From Eledone cirrhosa (taxonomy: Eukaryota): a stretch of DNA of 64,000 bases. The stretch is from positions 8,990,001 through 9,054,000 of the forward strand of contig OZ024748.1 of assembly GCA_964016885.1 (NCBI GenBank), in the 5' to 3' direction. Below, in pieces: positions 39,810 through 54,062 of the stretch. Below the pieces are notes generated by a model, which did no database searches, was not told the origin of the DNA, and saw only the letters and a program-made list of their open reading frames with translations. How positions within the stretch are numbered: the stretch's first letter is position 1; each line of letters starts with the position of its first letter. The translations under genes and the position numbers were made by a program.

Positions 39810-40752
39810 TGTGTATGTGTGCCTGTGTATATGTGTGCCTGTGTATATGTGTGCCTGTGTATATGTGTGTATGCGTGCCTGTGTATATGTGTGCCTGTGT
39901 ACATGTGTATGTGTGCCTGTGTATATGTGTGTATGTGTGTATGTGTGCCTGTGTATATGTGTGTATGTGTGCCTGTGTATATGTGTGTATGTGTGCTTGT
40001 GTATGTGTGCCTGTGTATATGTGTGCCTGTGTATATGTGTGTATGCGTGCCTGTGTGTATGTGTGCCTGTGTATATGTGTGTATGCGTGCCTGTGTATAT
40101 GTGTGCCTGTGTATATGTGTGTATGCGTGCCTGTGTATATGTGTGCCTGTGTATATGTGTGTATGTGTGCCTGTGTATATGTGTGCCTGTGTATATGTGT
40201 GTATGTGTGCCTGTGTATATGTGTGCCTGTGTATACGTGTATGTGTGCCTGTGTATATGTGTGCCTGTGTATATGTGTGCCTGTGTATATGTGTATGTGT
40301 GCCTGTGTATATGTGTGCCTGTGTATATGTGTATGTGTGCCTGTGTATATGTGTATGTGTGCCTGTGTATATGTGTGCCTGTGTATATGTGTATGTGTGC
40401 CTGTGTATATGTGTGTATGTGTGTATGTGTGCCTGTGTATATGTGTGTATGTGTACCTGCGTATATGTGTGTATGTGTGCTTGTGTATGTGTGCCTGTGT
40501 ATATGTGTGCCTGTGTATATGTGTGTATGCGTGCCTGTGTGTATGTGTGCCTGTGTATATGTGTGTATGTGTGCCTGCGTATATGTGTGTATGTGTGCCT
40601 GTGTATATGTGTGCCTGTGTATATGTGTGTATGTGTGCCTGTGTGTATGTGTGCCTGTATATATGTGTGTATGTGTGCCTGTATATATATGTGTATGTGT
40701 GTCTGTGTATATGTGTGTATGCGTGCCTGTGTATATGTATGTATGCGTGTAT
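39810..40752. repeat. GT-rich minisatellite (gtgtatatgtgtgcct-type)
   Basis: Direct inspection. Confidence 0.9.
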
Positions 40753-41398
40753 GAAATTAAAACAGGGTTATAAGCACAGACAAACTAAGGTTCGCACTAA
40801 ATACTATATATCTAAGTGCATGTGTGTATATATGTATGCTCGTCTTATTGTTCAGGGGGTGTGTAAAGTGTGCATTAGAGGTATAGGTGTGTATGTATAT
40901 GTTAGTGTTTCCTTTTGTACTTATATGGGGAGGGTACTTGTGTGTGTGTGTGTGTGTGCGGGGGGGGGGGGGGGGTTCTTTTGACTATTTATTAATTTCT
41001 GAAAGGTAATCCCACTTAAAAATATGTAAGTAATTTATTCTGTAAGCATAGAGTGGCGTCTCTTGCCGGTGTTTGTTGAGATGACATACAAATATTGTTG
41101 TTGATTTCATCAGTCTAGAAGGAGTTCAAGCATTAATGAACCACGGCTTCACATCACAGTCTCCGCGAGTTTGGCTTCAAGACACACAAAAAATGAACTC
41201 TGATGCTCCTGGTTATAAAAGCTGTTTTAATTTCAAAGATATAATTAAAAGAACGTAAATTCATAATTTTTCTGTGTATGTATATAGATATAAAATATAA
41301 ATGGATGTGTGTGTGTGTGTGTGTGTGTATATGTATATATAAATGTAAATATATATAGATGTGTGTGTATATGTGTATATAAATGTAAATATATATGC

Positions 41399-41440
<42 letters not shown>

Positions 41441-41737
41441 AACACGCACACATAAATATATATATATACATATATACATATACATATGTATATATATATG
41501 TATACATATGTATGTGTATGTATATATATATATATAGATACATATACATATATATATGTGTGTGTGTATATATATATACAAGATAATCAAACTGAACTGT
41601 ACTCCCCTGGTTCAGTAGAAACTCGGAAAGGAGTAAAAAAAAAAAGGAAGAAGACAGAAAAGGAAATGAATGAAAAACTGGAAAACGCCTCGACGACTTC
41701 TGCATCTAATTAAAGAATCAGATAGATAGCTTTTTTA

Positions 41738-41877
<140 letters not shown>

Positions 41878-42055
41878 CCTCTCTTTATCTTTCTCACTCG
41901 TTCACCCTATCTATCTCTATATCTACCTACCTATCTATCTTTATATCTATTTACCTATCTATCTATATTTCATTAATATCTCATCTTTACTTTATATATT
42001 TCCCTATTTTCTAGTCACTTGCCTCTCTCTCTCTCTAGGCTCACTTTATCACTCT

Positions 42056-42093
<38 letters not shown>

Positions 42094-42258
42094 CTCTCGC
42101 CCTCCCTCTAGTCTTACCTCAGTCCCTCTCTCAAACTCTCCCTAACGGACTCTCTCACTCTCGGTCCTTTTCAGTCTCTCTTCCACACTCTCTCACTTTA
42201 GTCTCACCCTCTCTTCCTCTAGGGTTTCCTCAGTCGCTACACACTCTAGTCTTTCCTT

Positions 42259-42307
<49 letters not shown>

Positions 42308-43099
42308 CCCCCTCAGTGATTATTCCTTCTGTATTTTATTTTAAAACGAACAACCACAACAATAACACCAACAAGAATAGTAAGAACAGTAACAACAACA
42401 ACAACAGTAACAACACCAATAATAAGAAGAACAAGAAGAGGAACAACAGCAACAACAACAACAACCACAGCAACAACAACAACAACGACACCGCGATGAC
42501 GAGAAAAAGCAATCAAGGATTAAATTGCTGTTAACGAAAAAACACTACAGAAAATGTTTTTTTCAGAAAATGAAGGAAATTTTGTTGTAAATTTTACATT
42601 AGAAGAAATAGGAAAAACATCGTTTGAAACGACATCATTAAGTTGTAAAAATATAATAAATCATAAGTTATATGGGGGGAGGAGAAGGGGGTGTCTGAGG
42701 GTATGTATATATATGTATGTCTATGTATATATATTTGATATATATATATGTATATATGTGTGTATATGTGCGATTATATGTAAGTACGAATTTACATATG
42801 TAAGCATGTATGTCGGTATGTATTTGTGTGTATATATATATATATATTTAGCTGTGTGCGTATGGATGTATATGTATAGATGTGTGTATGTACGTGTGTG
42901 TATGTATGCATGTGTGTATATGTATATATCTATGTGTGTGTATGTATGACTTTATGTATAATTTTTAAATAATTGGAAGGTCAACAATTTGTAAACAATT
43001 TAACGTAGTGTTGTATCTCTAAATGTTTCATTCTAAAAGACTCATCAGCGAATATATAATATGTCTTAATGTTGGCAAACGGTCGAAGTTTGAACAAGT

Positions 43100-44950
43100 A
43101 TTAGCTTTATTTGAAGTCATCCTAAATGCTGTTAAAAGCCGAAGGAATAGTTTATCCACCTTGTGGATTGTCTCTTGTTGACCACTGGCCACTGTCCTCT
43201 GAGGCATCTTTGCCCATCGCTGTCTTGGACAGCATTTAGCTGTTTTAATGGCTGTTCTAGCGATAAGTTTTTTCATTTTTATATGTATTCAAATAGACTC
43301 TCGCTTCGTCTCGATCAGAGACAACACTGTTTTAACTTTGTATGTACCAAAATATCAGTAATCATTTACTTATAACTAAGGAAACCAAAAAAAAAAGATT
43401 TTTATGGGGTGGGGGTGCTATTAACTAAAAAGAAAACTAATATAATCCACCATTTGTGCCATGGCAAATCCTGAACTGGGAAGAATTCTCTCATATCCCG
43501 TTGCTTTGGTGTCCTAGATACGTACTTATTTCATTTCAGGGTTAATCCGACCATATTTGTTTCATCCATCGATGTAAAGTAATTCTTAACATACCAACAG
43601 AAATGTTTGTTCGCTAACTGCACCTAAACATCAATAATTTCTTCACCATAAGTTTGATTATAAAATAAATCTCTTTTTACAACATATATCTAAGAAACGG
43701 TAATATATTGGTTTAACAATGGGGTCGGAGACACGTCTAGTTATAATATATATCCACATATTAATGTTTATTTCTGTCAATAACTTGTGATATAAAACTT
43801 ACTTCAATACTTAAATTGTTTTAAATTTTGGACAGAGCAATCAGCAATCAAGGTATAAGGAATATTCTTACAATAACCATCGTTTCTACAGAGGTTTTAA
43901 TAGAACTTTTCTCTCACTAATGTTAAAGATTCTAACCTATTTTTATGTTGATGGTTTTACAGTTTTGCTGCAGGGGGTGTTTTGTCTTCAATAATATGAC
44001 GTTCAATTCTACGAAGACAACTTCCATTCTTGTCCTTCTCTTTCTCACTTCTGTGATATATGACCTTTATCTAGCACAAACCAAATTACTTGAGAAAGTC
44101 TTCAAGCAGAACAATGTAAATCATGCGACTCAACAATATCTACAGACATTATATTCGCTTCCTTCCCAGCGCCAAATATTCCACATAAATATCTTTTCTC
44201 ATCTTTCTATATCTGAATATTTCTTAATGTTCTCTCGCGGCCAAATAATCACTACTTCGTTGTAAATACTATATGAATAATATCATACATGGAAATCAAT
44301 TCATCCTTGCTTTGTTTAAAAGCAATGTTACTAATAATTCTCCTTGTTGAATCAAGCTTCAGAATTCACCTTTTCGCAACGATTCAACCTTGCCTAGGGG
44401 AAATTCTGCTTTCCGATATTCTGCATCGAAAGTATTTCTGACCCATCCAATTATCGTCTGCTTTCCTGAAGCATCTTCACAGTCTTGCAGTTGATCGGTG
44501 ATAAACAGAACCACCATTTAGCTTGGTCAATCCAAATATAGTAGTTTGCTGAAGAAATTGACTAGTTGGCTTGTCAAAGCTAATCAGAATGTTTTCCTCT
44601 CTAAAGTATGAAATCGAGTTATATCGGCTGCCTCCTGGCTGTTATCAATGGTGGGTGGAGGAATTAGTCAACCACTTCTTCTATGAACTAGCTCTAGGTA
44701 GATGTAGCGGTCAAGTAGATGGACAGGTTTTAATACTTCTAGTTACCATGGAGATCATCACTTCAGTATTTGGCATCAGGTGTGATGAGATGGTAGTGTA
44801 ATTGAAGTGACTACCATATTGGATCACAGCACATAACTTTACAAAAGATATTCACTACAGGCATTAAGTTATATCTGGAGTTACAAATCCCAGCTATAGG
44901 GTCTGAACTTCCAGAAATCTCATCGACAAATATCAAAGAACGCTGAAATT
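43100..44950 (-). pseudogene. Heavily decayed RTE-like LINE reverse-transcriptase remnant
   Basis: Minus-strand fragments in the expected order despite stops and frameshifts: LALTSQLVNFFSKLL (~ISLLS..KI), FRK, VNSEA*FNK (~DFxKAFD), LLSRMIYIVLLE (~LSPxLFNIxLE), LNVILLKTK, PRQRW (~GRPxxRW). Judged by eye only. Confidence 0.4.
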
Positions 44951-47394
44951 TTAAAATAATCTCTGTCGTTGATGTCCTTTACTTCTATCGATTGAAATGT
45001 TGCATCTTGTATATCATCTCACTTTCTCTACCGCCTTCATTTTATATCACCTCTTTATCTCACACACACATATATACACACACACATACGTACACAAACA
45101 CATGCTCTCTCTCTCTATCTCTCTCTTTCTCTCTCTCTCTCTCTCGCAGTTTTCCTCTTCATTCTTTTCTTGAATATCTTGTAACTCATTTTTCTTCAGC
45201 TCTGGCCAGGGTGCTGCGCTGAGGTATTGAATGGGGTCATGTGACCAGTTCGTGTACAGTGTAGTGTGACGGAGGAGGGGCTACTGTGCGGGAAGGGTGT
45301 GTCGAGGTGTTGTGTAGTGTGTGTGGGGGGGCTGTGCGGGAGGGTGTGTCGGGGATGGTATTAATTCCTGTATATAATTACGTTCTTTTATACCTGAATT
45401 ATATTTTCGTCGAGCATGACTTAGCATTTAGAATTGCACAAATCGATAAAATAAATATCAGTAAAATACTTGTGCTGCTCTAATCAACTGTGCTTTCCCT
45501 CAAATGTTAGGGTCCTCCATCCATCTTTCTTATATACTATTTCTAACTCATATATATATATATATATTACTTAATTTTTAAGGTATTTACAATTTATGAA
45601 AATCTTCTCACATCCTCAACATTACATAATCTGCACGCTATAACCCTATTCTTATCTATAATTCTATTTTAACACCCTTCATTTCAAAATAATAAAATTA
45701 CTTTTATAATTTTAGCGGAAAATCTTTTCTCTTTTATTATTTTTTTTTATTAAACTTGAGAATTTTAATAAAATCATTTAAAACGCTAAAGCATTTTATT
45801 CTCTAAACCTATTGTAGATTTTGCTTATTTGTAACGATTTCGTTTAGGTAAAAACTAAAAGCTAAATATCACAACAAAACCTACTTCCTTTATAGATAAA
45901 TGACTTTAAGTTGTAATAATTAATCATAAAAGCTATATAATTACCCAGCAAAAGCAGAGTTTTGTAAGATTATCAAAAGAAACCATTCTGAACGAAAATG
46001 ACTGAAATAAAGAGTGGAGCTTTTTAACAAATCCTTTTGTTTTATTGAGTTGCATTTGTTAACTTGCAATGACGTTGCTATTATAGCTTTTGTTCCTCTT
46101 CTAACTCGAAGTTTCTGCCTTTTTTGTTGTTTTTGTTGTTGTCGTTTCTTTTTGTTTTATTCATTTATTTATTCACCAAACTATCGGCTAAAATAAAAAT
46201 AACGAACTCATTTATCAAAAATATATAAGCTCCTCATCACCAAAGTTACTAACTTTCCATAGAAGAATCACCAAAGTCAGTCACTGATCTTTCTCATCCT
46301 CTATATTACTTCTTTGCTTTGTTAAACTGATGCTCTTTTCAGAGACCAGTTTAACGAACAAAATAAAAGATTCAATTTAATTAGATTATTTTTTTATATT
46401 TTTCTAATCACGATTTCAAATTCGAAAATAACACCGATACAAAGCTTGTCTTGTAATGCAATAATAGGCTGATTGCTTCACACCGGAAGCGAATGTTTGT
46501 TTCACATCAATACAACGTTAACAAAAGCAGACTGTCATGACAAGAGGAAGGGGATATTTTATCTAATTTCGAATCAATTTTTTTTAACGTGACCAAGAGA
46601 GGAAGACGTCCCAAATTTGTAAATCCTCTCGCTGCTTTCAGAGAGCAAACCTATGTACATCGTACGCAGTCACAGAATGAAAGCCATGTAGGCCCGAAGG
46701 TGAAATATTTCCGACTAATGTATTTCTATTATATTCTATTGCTCACCAAATACACGACTGAATTGCATCTTAAACACAGTATAGCAGTATTAACAATTTA
46801 AATTTCTTAATAATTCTGGATCACGCTTTGTGCCCTACAGATAAAATAATGTACTAGAATAGTGTTTTATCTCTTCAATATTCATGTAATGTTTTCAATT
46901 AGACAATAATGGCCCACTGAAAATGAGATGAATTTTTATTAATATTTTATTTACATTTAATCACCTTAATGTCATGAGAATCAAAGTGAATAAATTGTTC
47001 ATTATTTCCAAACAACCATTTATAACTCGTGTCACACTGTCACTGATCTCTCATTCAGTTGATACTTTAGTTCAAACAACTTGTTACATCACCATATATC
47101 TCATTCATTTACACTAAATACTTTAGTTCAAACACTTTACCATTACAATTAAATGTTTGTACATTATACCTCAAGATGACCATTGTCATTGGCCTTCGAA
47201 GAATTGGCGCTATTCGAAACCTCAAACTTCTCTTCTCATAATACATGGATTTATTTCATTTTAGTGAAATCCATTAATATCAATTTTTCTTAGTATGTAT
47301 ATCTGACTGTGTATGCTTCTGTTGGAGTGTATGAGCTCCCGAATTAATGGTTATGAGCGGAACACTTTACCTACTAAACTACACACCTTCGCCT

Positions 47395-47545
47395 GCTTTT
47401 ATGAAGCACAACTTGAAGCTCATTTTTTATGGCACTCAAATTGAATCTTACACTTTTATAGCGCTCGGCTTGATTCTTATTTTATGGAGCTCAACTTGAA
47501 GCTCATTTTTTAAAGCGCAAAATTGGCAGTTCATTTTTTATGCAT
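47395..47545. repeat. Degenerate ~28-bp tandem repeat (ttttatgaagcacaacttgaagctca-like)
   Basis: About five diverged units. Confidence 0.6.
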
Positions 47546-48356
47546 CTTGTGGCTGGCCAGGATCCAATAACTGTCAGTGAGTCAACATTCCTGGACGAAG
47601 CAAAGATTGTCAGCTTTTATTTCAAGCAATCCTGTAATATTGTGAATTCGTGTGATTATGTTATTAACAAGCCTGAGTACTACAGCAACTGAACGTTAAA
47701 CACACGCAAGCCCGAAACGATGGGTGCCAGCCAAACTCACAAACACACACATGCAAGCAGAAAGAAACACACACATTCACGAACACATGCGGGCACATAT
47801 ACATATTGCACACACAAATCCACATAGATATTTCAAACACTTACACGAAGTTTCAAAATATTGATTATTTTTATGAGTAATGTTTTCAAAACACTAGAAA
47901 TAACAATTAATGTTATTTGTATTGCTGTTGTTGTTGTTATTATTGTTATTATTGTTACTGTTATTATTATTATCATTAAAAAAGAAACCAATATTTAGCA
48001 GAAAGAAACTATGATTATTATTTCCCAGGCATTTCCTATTTCATTGATTTTTTAGTGTCACTTGGGGCTAGAAAATATTGCGTTTTAAGCAAGAATCACA
48101 GACATTGAATGGATTCACAACAATAAGGCCGCAACCTTGAGTTAGTAACAGTTGTAAAGACCAACAGAAATACAGAACATTTTTTTCCTCTGATTTTCTT
48201 TCGTTTACAAACTTCCTCAAGCCAACAATAAAACTGATTTTATTTTGTGACTTTTTTCACATCACATCCCTCCTCTTCCCATTTCTATTAGTGTAGAATA
48301 ATCATTTAATGAGAGAAAGTTGTGAGCTGTACCTCAACACAAACTTCACACAATCT

Positions 48357-48458
48357 GCACACACACTGCACAAACTATACACAAACTACACACACACTGC
48401 ACAAACTATACACAAACTACACACACACTGCACAAACTATACACAAACTACACACACT
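48357..48458. repeat. 31-bp tandem repeat x3
   Basis: cacacacactgcacaaactatacacaaacta. Confidence 0.9.
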
Positions 48459-48749
48459 CTATGAGAATAAATATGGAAACCAATTAGAAAAACAAAATAG
48501 ATGGTTCGCTGGTGAAATAAGTGCGCCAAATGCTGTTTACTTTGTGTGAATGGACGAAGAATATTTAAAGATGGTATCCAACATTTCTTACAGAGAAAGA
48601 TGTGTGCGTATTAAAGGGAAATAATTCTGTTATATTTGAGAAGAATCAAAGTCATATTCTTAACATGGTATACAGATACCAATAAATTAGGAAATAGTTA
48701 AGTTTCGGTTGAAATACATGTTTGTATAAGCATCCATAACCACACAGAC

Positions 48750-48833
<84 letters not shown>

Positions 48834-48997
48834 CATATATAGTATAGATTAAACGCTTAAGCAAAACACTTCTGCTTTCACCCTAAGCAGATGCTTTTGC
48901 TTAAAATTTTCATCTGTACTCTATATATATATAAATATATATATATAAATACACCATTATCGAGTCCTCTTTGGATTTTGGTCTTTGTATTATTACA

Positions 48998-49043
<46 letters not shown>

Positions 49044-49194
49044 AATTTCATCATTGAATATGCTCCTTCGTAAAGCTGTATTTAAACAAAGGGCGGTTAC
49101 TTCAAATATGTTCTTCGTGGAATTTAAGCTAGAGACATGCCTTCTACTACTACACACATACATACATACATACATACATACATACATACATACA

Positions 49195-49226
<32 letters not shown>

Positions 49227-49351
49227 CATACATATATGTTTGTATGTATGTATGTGTCTATCTCTCTCTGTGTATATGCATAAACATCTGCATCTGTACG
49301 ATTATATTTGTGCGTTCTGTGAATTTGAATACATTTATACACACACAAATA

Positions 49352-49418
<67 letters not shown>

Positions 49419-50959
49419 TTTATATATATATAATATATACTTTATATAAATATATTATTGGAAAAATTTAATATTGTATATAAAGATGTACACTGTGATT
49501 AAGCCCGTTACAAAAAATTTAACAAATACTACAAAAACATAGGAAACTTGTAGCTAAAGCTGTATGTAAACATTTTTGTTAGCCTACATTGTTTTATAGG
49601 GTGAAATGAAAGAAAAACGTAGTGTCATTTAACAATGAAAATATGATAATACCAAAAATAAAGATCAATATATATAGAGAGAGTATGTAAATCTTTTCCT
49701 AATATTTAATATTCTGTCTTTTTTTTATCAGAGTTTTACATTGTCTGAACAGCAGCTATAGCAATGTTTTCTGTTTCAAATCCTTAAAAAATACATTTGA
49801 TGACTCTAAAATATAATTATCTCTTCTCTATTTTTTATTTCTTTGATTGGAAAACAAATAAAATTGCATGTTTTAGTTTTTCAACGTTTTTATGAACAAA
49901 TTTTGTAAAGCATTCTCTCATGAAAGAGAGAGTTGCATGACAATAAAAACTATTTCTAATAGATGCATTATGATTGTAAAGGAATTTCTAAAACTATAAG
50001 ACTAAAATAAACAAAGATGGAATTATTTTTTTCCCTTATTGAAAAAATACTTAAAACGATCAAAGTCATGCATAAAAGCAAATAATTGTTAAAACTGAAA
50101 ATAACATTTTTTTTTCCTCTGGAAATCAAAATAAAATGCAGAGAATATCATTGGAACAAACTAAAAATATGTGATAAGATCCTTAAAAGCTGTATTGAAC
50201 TAAATATACATCTATTTTTTTATGACATCCGTGACGTTAAAGTTGTGATTATATATATTAAGCCTACACAAGGCTGTATTTCGAAAACATAAACAATATA
50301 TGCAATAATATATCAAGCTATCAATATCAGTAATAAAATGAAGAGGAAAAAAATATTGCCTGTTTTTAGGATGGGGTGAGGGTGAGGTGGTGGGGGAGAT
50401 TTCAGTCGTTGTTGCTGTTGTTTATGTTTTTGCCTTTTTTTTAAAAGATTACTGATTTTCTGATAAAAAAAAAAAGCCCATCTATGCAATGGAAATCAAA
50501 GATGATTTCAAAAATATGAAGATAACCTCCCCGAAAAATATAATAGCATTTATTTTTTTTCTATTAGCTTTTGTCATTTATTCTATAGACTTGTGTAAAT
50601 TTCTATATTATATATAAATGTACAGTCTATATGGAGAATATATACATTACTTCCTAAATATTGTTAGCAGATATCCTGCAAGCTTGTCAATATATTGCTG
50701 CAGTAATTTTCTTTCTGTGAAGAACATTTTGTTGGTCATAAACTAGAGATGTAATAGATAATTACTGATGCTTCATTGTTCCGAGTTTAAACCTCACTTA
50801 AACCGACTAATGTTTTAATTTCCATTCAAAATGACTGAATTATTATACAGACAACAATAGATGTTACAGTAAAATATACCAGGTGTTCATTTGTCAATCA
50901 TTAGTTATACCACGTCTACTCCACACCTTTGTAAGACTAGAACAAAATGTGTATAACAA

Positions 50960-51152
50960 ATAATTGTTTCTACTTTTGGCACAAGGCCAGCAATTATTCC
51001 AGTGTAATACTGGTACTTTATTTTATCGACCCCGTAAGGATGAAAAGCAAAGTTAACCTCGGCGGGAATTGAACTCAGACCATAAAGGGCCGTAACCCTT
51101 TGCTGCAAAGCATGGCGTCCGACCCTCTACCGATACTGCCAATCCACCTCCC
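50960..51152 (-). mobile_element. Full-length tRNA-derived SINE with 16-bp target-site duplication
   Basis: gtgtataacaaataat at 50949-50964 and 51161-51176. Confidence 0.9.
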
Positions 51153-52054
51153 TATAACAAGTGTATAACAAATAATAACATACAACTTTTTTTATATATA
51201 GAATGGAATGAACCTCCGTCGGTTTCGACGATCTATGTTCCAGTAAGTGGCTGAGCATAGGTTACAAATCTCTATCAAGCCATTTTTTTCCCGGCTCCGT
51301 AGATGATGTTCAAAATATTTCTATTACTAGCAAAACCAGAAATGCTAAAATGGTTGATTTTCATTATTTGTGTACACTGTTGTTATTGTTGTTGTTGGTA
51401 CTTTTGTTTAGATTATGTAAATTTCATTTTACAAATAGTCAATTGTAACTATCTGTATTTGAGAGATCATATTTTTGTCTTGTGGTTATTTTTCTCGTTT
51501 ATATATTTTTAATAATGTGTTTATCTCATTTAGTGTTGTTGTTTTTTCTGTGAACGAAGAATAAATGATTGTTTTCTTTGAAAGCGGAATCTTCAGTGCA
51601 ATTCCCTGCCTTGTCACCTCTCACTGATACTGTAATAGCAAAACCCACATTGAGAATAATAGTCAACCCCACAAGATACCAGCAAAAGTTATGTTTAAAA
51701 CAGACCTTCTGTCTACCCCAGGTATTCAAGAAGAGGTGCCGATGTTCTGAGCTCTCTTGTTTGCTAAATAATCCAAAAAGGAATGTTCTGTTTTCATTTA
51801 ATAAAACTTGCTAATCTAGAAATTTCAAACGGAATTCTCTAACAATTTTTGTACAAGACAAGTATGCAAAGGCACCAAATAAGAAGAAGAAAAAGAAAAG
51901 AAAGAGAAGAAAACTAAGAAGAAGAACTAATTAATTTGCAGATATAAAATGTGTTACCCTTTTAATTATTGTTGTATGCTGATATTTAAAAAATCTGGTT
52001 TAGTTTACAAAGCAATTTATGTACATACATATATATATAGAGAGAGAGAGAGAA

Positions 52055-52089
<35 letters not shown>

Positions 52090-52092
<3 letters not shown>

Positions 52093-52265
52093 CAAAGGAA
52101 TTGTGGTAAGGAACCAGATGTACTCAATACTTAGGGTAGTAGAGTGGGAAATAGGGAAAAGTATGACCCCGACGGCAGAGCTCAAGCCGTTTCGACGGCT
52201 ATTTCGGCTAGTCCAGAAATAGCCGTCGAAACGGCTTGTGCTCTGCCGTCGGGGTCATACTTTTT

Positions 52266-52270
<5 letters not shown>
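52090..52270 (-). mobile_element. Family C fold-back element (55-bp arms plus tail) in (TA)n
   Basis: Arms 52151-52205 and 52216-52270; contains GAAA-cggc(ttg.gctct)gccg-TC-ggggtcat; homologous to 59532-59727. Confidence 0.8.
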
Positions 52271-52300
<30 letters not shown>

Positions 52301-52406
52301 ACAAACCCTACACACAGGCATATATATATAAATATATATATATACAAACAAACACATACACACGCACAGAAACACGCATGTCTGTCTGACTCCGTCTTTC
52401 TTTTTT

Positions 52407-52462
<56 letters not shown>

Positions 52463-52897
52463 ACATATATGTCTGTCTGTCTTCCACTCTTTTTACACAT
52501 ACACACACATGCAGAAATACATTCAAAGATATATATACACCCACACAATCCCATCTACACACATATATATACACAGTACACATATTTACCAAAATATTCA
52601 AAGGTAAGGAAAACAAAAGATAATATGATTGGAAAAGGCGAGTGGAAGGATGAGGAAAAGCTTACAGGAGATACAACAGAAACAACAACAGTAAAACTAA
52701 TAAGTAACAAATATATCGGTAAATAAATGAATATATATAATATAATTATGTATGTATATATGTATGTGTGTATTTATGTAAGTGTGTGGCTGCTTGTTTG
52801 TCTGTATGTATGTGTGTGTCTGTATGTATGTATGGCGGAAGAACTCATAAGAGTCAACGGCCATCCGAAAGTGTGTAAATATGTATATACACATGTA

Positions 52898-53135
52898 CCG
52901 CGCGGTTAAACCACTGGGAATGAATGACCCCTAGCATTTTGTCAGGGCATTCTTCTAGGAGAAGGCAACTCAGGAATCTGGGATAACTCCGATATAAAAC
53001 CTGCGGCTCAGTAGTTACCGATGATGTTGATCTTTTCTTCTTTTCGGATTATAGCTACTGTCGCTCAGAGAGTGGGATTGGCTCAGTGCACAGTCTTTCC
53101 TAACTTTAAAAAATATCTTCACGTACAGGCATTGC
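52898..53135 (+). mobile_element. RTE-type 5' UTR-derived repeat starting with a truncated HDV-like ribozyme fold
   Basis: ccgcgc-ggtt-aaaccact-GG-gaatg...cattc-ttCtag-gagaagg-caactc; tctaggagaagg..aactc resembles RTE 5' UTRs (from memory). Confidence 0.5.
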
Positions 53136-53863
53136 ACGATACAATTAATTAATAATTATTAATAATGGCATATCGTGCAATGGCCATACTCGATAACGAG
53201 GGGGCAGCAATCATGTATGTATAATATACATATATATATACATTGTATATATGTATGTGTGGCTGTTTGTGTGTATGTATGTGTGTGGCTGTTTGTGTGT
53301 ATGTATGTGTGTGGCTGTTTGTGTGTATGTATAGGAATCTCAAATGGTGAAAGTTAGTGACGAAGAAGGAAAAAATTAGATTTAGATGATTTGAAAAGTA
53401 AAACACCCCAGCCACACCCACCCCAGTAACCCACCCATTAAAAAATTAGAGAAAAAGAAGCTACCATTTAGTTGAGGGGGGCCAAGGTTTCAGTCTTAGA
53501 AATTGTGTAAATGTTGGAAAAGATGTCGAACCTGATAAAGTCAACAATGTTTCTTTTGGTGGCTATAGGTTTATCTACTTGAATTGTCAACATCCCAGTA
53601 GAGAGAGAGGGTGGGCGAGAGGGCGAGAGAGTGGGGGTGGGGGGAGAGAGAGGAGCGGGGGGTGGGGGAGAGAGAGGAGTGGGGGGGGGGGAGGAGCGGG
53701 AGAGAGAAGCGCGGAGAAGAACAACAAGAACAACAAGAATATAAATTCAATTCTGTAAAAATAGCTAAGTTGTTTGCGATGTTTTATCAGCAATGGTCGA
53801 GAAACTGTAGAGAACGATTGCTAATGTGATAGACACAGAGTTGTGTGAAGAAGGAAACATATG

Positions 53864-53919
<56 letters not shown>

Positions 53920-53920
53920 T

Positions 53921-53944
53921 AAAAATATACACACTCGCACAGTG

Positions 53945-53993
<49 letters not shown>

Positions 53994-54062
53994 AATATAC
54001 ACACTCGCACAGTACTATATATATATATATACAAATATACACACTCGCACAGTGCTATATAT
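53921..54062. repeat. aaatatacacactcgcacagt.cta x3, separated by (TA)n
   Basis: Direct inspection. Confidence 0.85.

Noticed and set aside
39664-40984. Cys/Val-rich ORFs of 311-391 aa
   Set aside because: GT-rich minisatellite open in all three plus frames
52832-52864. atggc-ggaaga-actc(ataa)gagt-caacg-gccat hammerhead-like geometry
   Set aside because: Stems are present but both catalytic cores are broken, so it cannot be told from chance
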